Virus record (IMG/VR): IMGVR_UViG_3300016476_000987 | Reading direction: 5' to 3' (one strand) | Source: a virus | Taxonomy: Duplodnaviria; Heunggongvirae; Uroviricota; Caudoviricetes | DNA length: 49,638 nt | Part shown: piece by piece, positions 23,560-31,474 of the stretch | Layout: each line of letters begins with the position of its first letter | Position numbering within the stretch: position 1 is the first letter of the stretch | Made by a program: the position numbers and the translations under genes | The notes under the pieces: generated by a model | Seen by the model: only the letters and a program-made list of their open reading frames with translations | Databases searched by the model: none | What the model was told of the DNA's origin: nothing

Positions 23560-24295
23560 TCTTTTTTTCCCATATGCGAAGGCACTACGACATACCTAAC
23601 GCATTGCGTCTATTACTTGCCCAAGGACAGCGGACGCTACGCACCATAGAGATGGCACTAATAGAGTGTCAATTCACTCGGACCCGCTTCTCGGTAATTT
23701 TAAGGTAAACCTTCAACTCCCAAATTACCAAACACGTGAAGGGAGTTTTGTACTTGCCACAGAACATACAAGACCCAGTACTCCGAAGAGACAGATCAAG
23801 CAGACAGCCTGTGGGTACACAGGTGGGCTTCCGATGCTTTGAAGACACTACTTACCTATTTGCACTTTTCTGTTTATTAAGCCTATGCCATCACGCACTA
23901 GCGTTTACGCAGTACTCATGCAGACAGATAGAGTTTTACGTTCTCTGACCCACGGGGCTCATCACAAGCCTTTGTACCCGAGTGTGGATAGTGGGCGGAG
24001 TGCTTCGACTCTTCTACGCATCTGATATGTCAGCCTTATATTTTATACCTCATACGTGCCTCCCTTTCGGTCGTTGCTCTACGGGCATCGCAGGGTTACA
24101 GATGAACGCATTCGCATCTGTTATCCGTCATTGACGGTTACAGTCCCAAGGCTTACAAGGGGACTGCCGACTTGATACACACATCACATGTGTACGCTAT
24201 CGGATTAATAAGTAGGCAGGTGCATTACTCATGGGGGGTATGAATGTTCCACGTGGAACACTCAGGGACTAAGCCTTGCTAGTGTCTGCCTAAAA
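23560..24295 (-). ncRNA. candidate large structured ncRNA (~700 nt), boundaries approximate
   Basis: No credible CDS; visibly GC-richer; many hairpins with cUUCGg and GAAA loops on the minus strand; long-range complementary blocks. Confidence 0.45.
24245..24260. promoter_or_regulatory. parS: parS site 3 (TGTTCCACGTGGAACA, perfect palindrome)
   Basis: Read directly. Confidence 0.85.
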
Positions 24296-24359
24296 AGATC
24301 TGTTAGTGTCCTCCCTTGCCATCGAAGGTACCGGCCATCACACCGGAGGGAGGGAAGGA

Positions 24360-24560
24360 TCACTTCCCGAAAAAGTCTTTGTGCTCCTCGAAAAAGTCTT
24401 TGTTCGCTTCCCGAAATCTTTTGATACCCTCTTGGAGTTTTACCTCCTCCTCCTCCATCATTTCCTTATCCCTCTCCCACACCCCCGTGGCTTTAGGGTA
24501 AAAAGCGAGGAGTAGTCCGATTTCTAATAACCATTCGTGCTCCTTTTTCAGATCCTTCAT
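24360..24560 (-). CDS. hypothetical charged protein
   Basis: ORF track; leader AAAACAAAGGTT-ATG. Confidence 0.7.
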   Translation of the reverse strand: MKDLKKEHEWLLEIGLLLAFYPKATGVWERDKEMMEEEEVKLQEGIKRFREANKDFFEEHKDFFGK

Positions 24561-24659
24561 AACCTTTGTTTTATTTGATGAGTCCCCACATCGGCATCGA
24601 AGCCCACGACTATTTCATCGTGTGGGGGGATATATTGGTTGGCGTTCATGTCAGGTTGG

Positions 24660-25229
24660 TTACGCTTTCAGGGCTTTCTTAGCCTTGTTCTCCAACTTGC
24701 GGATTTCCTTATAGGACTCCATCAGTTGGAGTTCCTTATCAGACCATACCCGCTGAACGGAGTCACGCTTCCGGAGATTAGTCAAGAACGTGGCTTTCTT
24801 TATCATCTCAATGGACAGGGCAGAAATATCTGCGTCGTCCAATTTGGTAGTCTTGTCGCCGTACAGGTTACATTCTTTACCCCACTGCTGAGTGAGGGAA
24901 GAATCCATGGCAGACAGGGTAGCACAAATCACGGTTGCTTCTTTCGGGAAAAAACTATCCCACTCCCACGGTTTACACTTCAGCATCTTTTCAGACACTT
25001 TGAAGCCGTTGATACGGAAGGCAATCTTACCCTTAAACTGAGACAAGTCAACCGAGCGAAGGTAGGACAGAAGAAAGTTGACTGCCTGTCCGAGGCTTTT
25101 AGGCTCGACCATAACAGGATTTCCTTCCTTGTCAATTTTTACGCCATGCGTCAATTCACCTTCGATGGCGGACACTTTCACACTTGCATCAGTGCACTCG
25201 ATACGATACTTAAGGACGATCTTTGTCAT
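24660..25229 (-). CDS. hypothetical Lys-rich protein (start MTKIVLK); first gene of the leftward array
   Basis: ORF track 24660-25331; ATG at 25229 has an A-rich leader and leaves parS site 4 upstream. Confidence 0.7.
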   Translation of the reverse strand: MTKIVLKYRIECTDASVKVSAIEGELTHGVKIDKEGNPVMVEPKSLGQAVNFLLSYLRSVDLSQFKGKIAFRINGFKVSEKMLKCKPWEWDSFFPKEATVICATLSAMDSSLTQQWGKECNLYGDKTTKLDDADISALSIEMIKKATFLTNLRKRDSVQRVWSDKELQLMESYKEIRKLENKAKKALKA

Positions 25230-25259
25230 GTTATTAGGTTTTTTACTTTTGCCCGCATA

Positions 25260-25275
25260 CGTTCCACGTGGAACA
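25260..25275. promoter_or_regulatory. parS: parS site 4 (CGTTCCACGTGGAACA), followed by a degenerate copy at 25276-25291
   Basis: Read directly. Confidence 0.8.
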
Positions 25276-25404
25276 TTTTTAACGTGAAACGGAAACGGGC
25301 GGATGAAAAAATGCCCAAACATGAACGCCATACCAATATATCAAAGACCCTTGGTAGGGATACCTGCCCGCGTCACCGGCTGATATTCATTCCCTCCAAC
25401 ACTA

Positions 25405-25412
25405 CAAAGGTA
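25405..25412 (-). promoter_or_regulatory. Bacteroidota-type -7 element TACCTTTG
   Basis: TAnnTTTG match upstream of the leftward array; no clear -33 TTTG. Confidence 0.4.
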
Positions 25413-25763
25413 CGCTTTCAACCTGTTAAAAATACCACCTTATTTTGGCTAACACGTTTTAGCAAAATGGCAGGACTAGCAGGTAGCCTTTCATATACGC
25501 CCCAATTTTGGAAAAACTTTAATATATACATATATACGGTATCGTTCCTTTTCATTGGCAAGGTATGGAAATAAAAATCCCCTCTTCGGTGATATTGAAG
25601 AAGGGATCCGTGGCGCATTCCCAGGCTGTTCTAGGCGTTGTTTTGTACTCGGTAAGGTATTCGTATTACCAGGCCCCTCCGGGGGCTAAAATCGGCTGTT
25701 TTAGGTGTGTAGCTTTTTGCATATTTATATGTGCTATCCCCAATTAAAAATTTTAGAAAAATC

Positions 25764-26963
25764 TTAATAATAAGGAGCTAGTACCTCAATTCCGTTGATC
25801 TCTATGAAAGCAGTATCCGGGTTTACTTCGTAGGTGTCTTTGTCCATGTCAAAAGACATTTTTAGATCCTTCTTATGCTTAGCGTTTATCCGGATAACAT
25901 CAGAATCCTTATCAGGCTTTTGTATGTCTATCTCTATGCTACTCCTGTCTATGTCCTCTATTACCTCATTATCGTAGGCAACTCCCAGGATATCTACCAT
26001 TAGCCCTTTAGCTCTTTCTTTGATGATGTTCTCTCCTCTCGGTGCTCTTGGATTTAGCGGTTTGGAGTATTGGCTGCTTGCTATCTCATCATCCCAGAAA
26101 ACCTCCAGGTTTTGTATTTTACTTCTCAAGTCTTGTTTGACTTGTGGTTTTTGTTTTCTAAAAGACTTAACGGTCATTCCTTTTCTTAAAGAAGGACTTA
26201 CCTCTTTTTCTACCCATTTTCTAGGAGATCCTGATATTCCTCCTCTAGGCAGCGTTTCTTTTTCTTTTCCGTCTTCTTCGGAATCTCTTTTGTTTCTACG
26301 CACAATGTCTTTTGCAGTGCTTCTTGCAGCTGTTAGGTCGTTAAGAGAGCCTAATGTTTTATCTTTTTCAACAGTCCTAACGCCTCTCGTATACATACTA
26401 GGAGAGTAGTTGGCTCCCTCTTTAGGAGTCCACAGAATATATTTTGTGTCCTTATCTGGACTATACTGAAGATAGGTCTCGCTGCTGATTACCTGGATTG
26501 TGGATTTTCTTAAAAATCTAGTCTGTAGACAGATATACCCTCCAACAGCATCGTCTTTGCTTTTGACAAATACATAATCAGTTATGGATATTATTCTCGG
26601 TTTACTTCTTTCTTCGTCCCCTCCTTTTTCAACTTTGGGTTTGGTAGCCGAAACAGTCGGATTGTAATAGTACTCTACGTCTCTAGGAATCGGTAATCCT
26701 AATAGCACAAATACTTTTTCTACAAATTCAGTAGCGACTTTTATTTGTAGATCTTTTATATCTTTTGGCAGCTCCCCTCTAAGCAAAGCGCTATCATTTC
26801 CAGAGGCTTCTTTTTCTCTAATATCTTTTTTAATAGAAGCCAGGTCGCTAATAACAAATTGATCTGAGTTGGTTATTTTATTAATCTCAGAAAAAAAGGT
26901 ATCTGATACAGCTTTAACTCTGGCCTCTAACAGAGAGCTTAAAAATATTCTGCCTAGTTTCAT
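25764..26963 (-). CDS. hypothetical protein, 399 aa (possibly virion-associated)
   Basis: ORF track; TATTTATA just upstream, as for some structural genes. Confidence 0.75.
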   Translation of the reverse strand: MKLGRIFLSSLLEARVKAVSDTFFSEINKITNSDQFVISDLASIKKDIREKEASGNDSALLRGELPKDIKDLQIKVATEFVEKVFVLLGLPIPRDVEYYYNPTVSATKPKVEKGGDEERSKPRIISITDYVFVKSKDDAVGGYICLQTRFLRKSTIQVISSETYLQYSPDKDTKYILWTPKEGANYSPSMYTRGVRTVEKDKTLGSLNDLTAARSTAKDIVRRNKRDSEEDGKEKETLPRGGISGSPRKWVEKEVSPSLRKGMTVKSFRKQKPQVKQDLRSKIQNLEVFWDDEIASSQYSKPLNPRAPRGENIIKERAKGLMVDILGVAYDNEVIEDIDRSSIEIDIQKPDKDSDVIRINAKHKKDLKMSFDMDKDTYEVNPDTAFIEINGIEVLAPYY

Positions 26964-27000
26964 GTATATAAATATCGAATACTAGCTATCTATTAGATAT

Positions 27001-27351
27001 TTAGTCTGCCATATAGCTGACCGCTAGTCCCTCTTTTAATAGCTCATCATTGACGCAGTTGACGTAATCCTTACCGTAGTAGATTTTAGCTACGGGACGG
27101 CCATATTTGTCTAATTTGTGGCTCTTAAGGAGAATCTTGTCTCCAGGCTTGATCTTGCTCTCTACGTAAGCTTTGGCCTTGTAGGCGGCTTCTTTTACTT
27201 CGGTAATAGAGGAAGACAGTTCCGGTGCATTTACTCCGGCAAATCGACAATTTGCCTTCCAGGACACCCTAAAACCTAAGTCTACGGTTAAATCTATAGT
27301 ATCTCCGTCAACGACCCTGTTGACCGTTGCAAGGTATGTGTATAGCTCCAT
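27001..27351 (-). CDS. thermonuclease (SNase-like) family protein
   Basis: RVVDGDTID..VDLGF...R.AGVNAPE...DKYGR. Confidence 0.92.
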   Translation of the reverse strand: MELYTYLATVNRVVDGDTIDLTVDLGFRVSWKANCRFAGVNAPELSSSITEVKEAAYKAKAYVESKIKPGDKILLKSHKLDKYGRPVAKIYYGKDYVNCVNDELLKEGLAVSYMAD

Positions 27352-27352
27352 A

Positions 27353-27484
27353 TTATCGTCCTTGTCCGTTGTAGTTTTTTTCGGTCCTATCGTGTCTGTT
27401 GAACGATTTTTTAGCTTTTCCGAGCTTTTTCTTTCCGAAAGTGATTTTGTTCTTTTCTCCGGATCCGCCTTTAGGTTTTGCCAT
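27353..27484 (-). CDS. 43-aa Lys/Gly-rich peptide ending YNGQGR (not in ORF track)
   Basis: Own translation MAKPKGGSGEKNKITFGKKKLGKAKKSFNRHDRTEKNYNGQGR; fills the gap exactly. Confidence 0.75.
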   Translation of the reverse strand: MAKPKGGSGEKNKITFGKKKLGKAKKSFNRHDRTEKNYNGQGR

Positions 27485-27486
27485 AA

Positions 27487-27681
27487 TTAGATTATTTTAT
27501 CTGTTTTTAGTTTTGATACTACTTCTTTGATGATTGTGCCGTAATCGTAGTTATTTGGCACTTTTTCTGCCAGTTTTAGAAATAGATCTGCTACTGGGTA
27601 ATTTTCCTGGAGCAGTGAAAGAGTCATCTCAAACTGAGCTACTTGTTTCAATTGCTCTTGAGTCAAAACTGTCTCATTCAT
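27487..27681 (-). CDS. hypothetical protein (PNNYDYG motif)
   Basis: ORF track. Confidence 0.7.
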   Translation of the reverse strand: MNETVLTQEQLKQVAQFEMTLSLLQENYPVADLFLKLAEKVPNNYDYGTIIKEVVSKLKTDKII

Positions 27682-27691
27682 AATATCTGAA

Positions 27692-27952
27692 TTAAGATTT
27701 TATTGCATTTTCATATACTGCTTTAGACTTAGCTCCTACAATCCTGGCTACCTCTACTCCACTCTTTTCTATGATAACGGTAGGTACGCTGGTGATCCCT
27801 TTTTGTGCAGCTAATTCCATATTTTTATCGATATCTACAACCATAAAAGTACCCTCTCCAGAGTACTGATGGGCCAGTTCTTCCATAATAGGCCCTACTA
27901 CTCTACAAGGAGCACACCAAGAGGCAGTAAATCGTATTACTCGTAAACTCAT
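27692..27952 (-). CDS. trxA: thioredoxin
   Basis: FTASWCAPC active site; VDID; SVPT. Confidence 0.95.
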   Translation of the reverse strand: MSLRVIRFTASWCAPCRVVGPIMEELAHQYSGEGTFMVVDIDKNMELAAQKGITSVPTVIIEKSGVEVARIVGAKSKAVYENAIKS

Positions 27953-27970
27953 ATGTTTTATTTTTAAGAT

Positions 27971-28246
27971 TTATTCAGATTCTTGAAAGGATTTAACAGA
28001 ATTCAGCAATTCTTCTAATGCTTTTACATCAGATTTTAGCTCTGGATTCATGATTTCTAGGGATTGTTCTATCTCAATAATCATGGATTCTATGATACTT
28101 TCGTCAAGTTCCGGGTCCGGAACACCGCAAACTTCCGACCAAACCAATAAAATTAAGTTATAAGTAAAGTCTTTTACGTCAGATTCTTCTGATTCTGCGA
28201 TAATTTTATTAATTTTTTGCTGAAAATGCTCTAATTTACTACTCAT
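27971..28246 (-). CDS. hypothetical acidic protein
   Basis: ORF track. Confidence 0.7.
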   Translation of the reverse strand: MSSKLEHFQQKINKIIAESEESDVKDFTYNLILLVWSEVCGVPDPELDESIIESMIIEIEQSLEIMNPELKSDVKALEELLNSVKSFQESE

Positions 28247-28293
28247 TTTTCTATTATTTATATCAAAAATACAACTATTTTATATTAAAAAAA

Positions 28294-28854
28294 CTAAGAA
28301 TTTAATAATAAATCTCTATATTTAGCATAGAATTTCTCTAAAAGTAGATCTTTTAGATGAAAAAAGGACTTTTCTTTGTGTAAATAAGGAGCATCTTTGA
28401 CAATATGAGCTATTCTGTCTACCGGATCAACCTCTATCAATCCAGCATAAGAAGGAATCATTGAAGTAGATAGGAGATTTTTTGGAGTAGCATAAAAGAA
28501 TTTATTAGGCCTTTTATGATTTTCTGTACAGTCTACAGCTTCTAAAAGCTGATGTTTGTCTTTTTTATTAAAATCGTCTTTAAAATCTCCTCTGGAAACT
28601 TTAATCTCAAACTCAAAAGCGTAGTCTAACTCAGTGATTGTGAAGAAGTCACTTTCCCACTCATAGACAAATGAGTTATTCAGCTGATATTTATGACTAA
28701 AGAATTTTAATCGTAGGGATTCTACTATGTCATGAGAAGTTAATTCTTCTGTTTTTGCTGCTGAGATATTTTTTATAGACTTTTTCTTCTTATGACCTGG
28801 CTTTACTATATCTGATTTTTCCAGGGAACTAAAGTCTATTAACGAAAACGACAT
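28294..28854 (-). CDS. MmcB-like PD-(D/E)xK nuclease-fold protein
   Basis: ESDFF...EFEIKVSRGDFKDDF.K...PNKFFYATP...IPSYAGLIEV. Confidence 0.75.
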   Translation of the reverse strand: MSFSLIDFSSLEKSDIVKPGHKKKKSIKNISAAKTEELTSHDIVESLRLKFFSHKYQLNNSFVYEWESDFFTITELDYAFEFEIKVSRGDFKDDFNKKDKHQLLEAVDCTENHKRPNKFFYATPKNLLSTSMIPSYAGLIEVDPVDRIAHIVKDAPYLHKEKSFFHLKDLLLEKFYAKYRDLLLNS

Positions 28855-28865
28855 TTAAAAATAAA

Positions 28866-28897
28866 TTTGGATTATATTATAACTATCTATATTTTTG
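28866..28897 (+). promoter_or_regulatory. canonical Bacteroidota primary-sigma promoter
   Basis: TTTG (28866-28869), 20-nt spacer, TATTTTTG (28890-28897) = TTTG-N19-21-TAnnTTTG. Confidence 0.75.
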
Positions 28898-28914
28898 TTC
28901 TGCGTTTACGCAGA

Positions 28915-28990
28915 TAACTAAGACTAACTGGTACTACTAATAACTAACTATAGCTGACTATAACTAACTTATATCTAACTATCTACTAAT
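28915..28990 (+). repeat. degenerate tandem (C/A)TAACT repeats at the strand-switch intergenic region
   Basis: taacta agactaactg...taactaacta...taactaactt atatctaact. Confidence 0.7.
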
Positions 28991-29006
28991 AAATATATAC
29001 TATAAT

Positions 29007-29204
29007 ATGAAAAATAAAGAACTAGCATTAAAGAAAATGGATCAACTTTCCGGAGCTCTTGTTAATTTTAAAACAGCTGCCTATAGAGGATCTAACGATT
29101 TATCGGAAAGGTACGAACGAGTGATGGAACTCATGGAAGAGCTTCATAACCTCATTCAAATCGAAGAAGAGACTTTCTTAAACAGAGGCTATCAAGGAAT
29201 CTAA
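29007..29204 (+). CDS. hypothetical coiled-coil protein
   Basis: ORF track. Confidence 0.75.
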   Translation: MKNKELALKKMDQLSGALVNFKTAAYRGSNDLSERYERVMELMEELHNLIQIEEETFLNRGYQGI

Positions 29205-29225
29205 ATATTTAAAAATCAAACAGTT

Positions 29226-29942
29226 ATGAGACTTTCAGCGGAACAAATGCATGAGAATTTTGAGAAGCTTACTACTATCATCTCCAGCGAGTTTACCGGA
29301 GAAAGAAAGGATAAGCTTCTAAATCTTCACATGAGTTGGTATGACAGGATTGCTACTGCTCCGGCTTCTATCAAGACCTCTTACTTCAACGCTTTCCCAG
29401 GAGGGTATGTCCTCCACGTACTTGATGTCTGTAAGGCAGCAGCTTTGCTGTATGATGTGTGGACCCAGATGAAAGGGCCTCTTGACTTTACTTGGGAAGA
29501 GTTGGCTTTTGTTGCCATTAACCACGATCTTGGTAAAATCGGATCTGAGACGGAAGATTTGTACATTGAGTGTACTGAAGACTGGATGCTTAGAAAAGGG
29601 ATCAAGTATGTACTGAACCCTAAACTCCAGTATATGAAGGCCTCTGACCGGTCTTTGATGACTCTCAGCAGTAATGGCATCCAAATGACTGATAAGGAGT
29701 ATTTGGCTATAAAGTTGGTAGACGGTCTCTACGAAGACTCTAATAAGGCCTATTTCATGGCTTACAACGAGGATTATGAGTTGAAGACTATGTTACCTCA
29801 TGTACTCCATCAGGCTGATCTTATCAGCTGTAAAGCTGCTAGCAGCGCTACCGCCAATTTAGGAAGTAAACCAGCGCCAAAGAAGGAAGTCGTAGTTTCT
29901 ACAGTAGCAACCAAAACATTTAGTAAATTTTTTAATGAATAA
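29226..29942 (+). CDS. HD-domain phosphohydrolase (YhaM-like HD fold)
   Basis: APAS...NAFPGGYVLHV...NHDLGK...HQAD. Confidence 0.85.
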   Translation: MRLSAEQMHENFEKLTTIISSEFTGERKDKLLNLHMSWYDRIATAPASIKTSYFNAFPGGYVLHVLDVCKAAALLYDVWTQMKGPLDFTWEELAFVAINHDLGKIGSETEDLYIECTEDWMLRKGIKYVLNPKLQYMKASDRSLMTLSSNGIQMTDKEYLAIKLVDGLYEDSNKAYFMAYNEDYELKTMLPHVLHQADLISCKAASSATANLGSKPAPKKEVVVSTVATKTFSKFFNE

Positions 29943-30246
29943 TATGATATATGTAATCTTGGCATCCCTGCTAGTAATAGTGGGGATGTCTTTTGTAATC
30001 TGGAATCTACTAAAGAAAGTAGAAAGGTATGAGGAAGATATTGTACTCAAAGACGAGTTCATATTGAAATTCAAACAGCTAACAGAAGAGGCTCACAGGA
30101 AAATAAAAGAGCTGGACACTATGGGAGCTTTTGAGTCCGATGACGAAGTAGGTAGTTTTTTTAAAAGTTTAAAAAGTATTTCTTTAGGATTAGACGCTTA
30201 TTTTAAAAACTATGTTACAGAAGAAGATAATGCTGACACTAAATAA
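29935..30246 (+). CDS. membrane-anchored coiled-coil protein
   Basis: N-terminal hydrophobic helix; E.DDEVG.FF motif. Confidence 0.75.
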   Translation: MNNMIYVILASLLVIVGMSFVIWNLLKKVERYEEDIVLKDEFILKFKQLTEEAHRKIKELDTMGAFESDDEVGSFFKSLKSISLGLDAYFKNYVTEEDNADTK

Positions 30247-30314
30247 TTTGCTTAATATATTAAAATCAAAATTGGTTATGGCTAGAAAAAATAAAATCCC
30301 ACTTTTAAAATTAT

Positions 30315-31094
30315 ATGCCGAGGAAGAAAAAAGAACAGACGCAGCTGGACCTGGAAGTATACACCAAGTCAGGTAAATTAAGAAGGAGAAAAAAGAAAAC
30401 ATCCAGAGAATATTTTACTCAAGAGACGGAAGATGCTATTGTACGGTATCTAGAGTCCGATCTATTCGTTGAGAGAAACAAGCTATTCAATGAGCACATA
30501 AATTACAGTATTCATAAGTTGGCTGAGAATATCATCCACACCTTCAAGTTTTACTACACTGAGCTAGACAATGTAGAAGATCTAAAACATGAGGTTGTGG
30601 TTTTTTTATTGGAAAAATTCCATAGGTACGATCAAACTCAAGGAAAAGCTTACTCTTTTTTTGGAACCATCGCTAAAAGATATTTAATAGTTTATAATCA
30701 AAATAACTATAAAAAACTAAAGGTAAAAGCAGAGCTAGAAGAAGTTGATGAAGATAAAAGAGTTTTTACTGATTTAGTAAATCAGGAGACTAGTACGGAT
30801 TTGACTTCTTTTATAAACTCCTATGTTAGGTACGTAGAAAAGCATATGGAGACCTTGTTTCCGGCTATACTAGATCAGTCTATAGCAATTGCTGTTATGG
30901 AGATATTCAAAAGGAGAGAATCCTTAGAGGTCTTCAATAAACAGCAATTTTATTTTTATATAAGAGAGATTACCGGACAAAGTACTCCAGCTATTACAAA
31001 AGTGATGAAGGAGTTAAAACGGTGTTATAAGAAGTTGATGAATGAGATGTATATAAAAGGAGAGATAGAAACAGATGTATCGAATATTTATTAA
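30315..31094 (+). CDS. phage RNA polymerase sigma factor (sigma70 region-2-like; T4 gp55-like)
   Basis: YFT...E.AIVRY...N.LFNE.I.....KLAENII...EDLKHEVV.FLLEK..RYD...GKAYSFFGTIAKRYLI. Confidence 0.75.
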   Translation: MPRKKKEQTQLDLEVYTKSGKLRRRKKKTSREYFTQETEDAIVRYLESDLFVERNKLFNEHINYSIHKLAENIIHTFKFYYTELDNVEDLKHEVVVFLLEKFHRYDQTQGKAYSFFGTIAKRYLIVYNQNNYKKLKVKAELEEVDEDKRVFTDLVNQETSTDLTSFINSYVRYVEKHMETLFPAILDQSIAIAVMEIFKRRESLEVFNKQQFYFYIREITGQSTPAITKVMKELKRCYKKLMNEMYIKGEIETDVSNIY

Positions 31095-31105
31095 AAAGCA
31101 TAAAT

Positions 31106-31474
31106 ATGGCGAATTTTGAAGAGGTCGTATTCGGTAGAAAAAAATTTTCTGAGATTCTAAAAGAAATCTACGATAGGTCTGCAAGCAAAGAAAAGCAGAT
31201 TAATGATCTTATTTTACAATTACAAGACTTGATTCAAAACATTGGAGATGCTACTATGATGGTGCCTCTAATTGCCAAATATATGGAGCTCAACATTAAA
31301 AATGACGATGCTTTAATAAAGATGGCAGCCATCATCCAGAACGCTATCAATAAGAGTAAGGACACAGGAGACTCTACTTTGTCTGAAACTGAAAAAGAAG
31401 AACTGCTTAAGCTGGCACAAGAAAGCATGGCAGATAAAATGGTCAACACAAAAAAATCATTACCTGAATCATAA
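31106..31474 (+). CDS. conserved hypothetical protein preceding the baseplate module
   Basis: ORF track; helical. Confidence 0.75.
   Translation: MANFEEVVFGRKKFSEILKEIYDRSASKEKQINDLILQLQDLIQNIGDATMMVPLIAKYMELNIKNDDALIKMAAIIQNAINKSKDTGDSTLSETEKEELLKLAQESMADKMVNTKKSLPES

Noticed and set aside
23445-23948. Plus-strand ORFs 23445-23708 and 23736-23948
   Set aside because: Atypical composition, start inside a parS site, antisense to the tRNA-like element and the structured region.
23560-24295. tmRNA, RNase P RNA or group I/II intron identity for the large structured region
   Set aside because: No split tRNA-Ala-like ends, no GAGGAAAGUCC RNase P core and no group II domain V seen. GGTCAGAGAAC only loosely resembles group I element R, and no interrupted gene flanks the region. 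Left unassigned pending cmscan.
24639-25574. 311-aa plus-strand ORF
   Set aside because: It is the antisense shadow of 24660-25229, has no recognisable motifs or leader, opposes all neighbours and spans parS site 4. Ribosome profiling would be needed to exclude it fully.
23901-28913. Shared 12-mer GCGTTTACGCAG at 23901 and 28902
   Set aside because: A single 12-nt match is expected by chance in 50 kb, although both copies are in non-coding palindromes.
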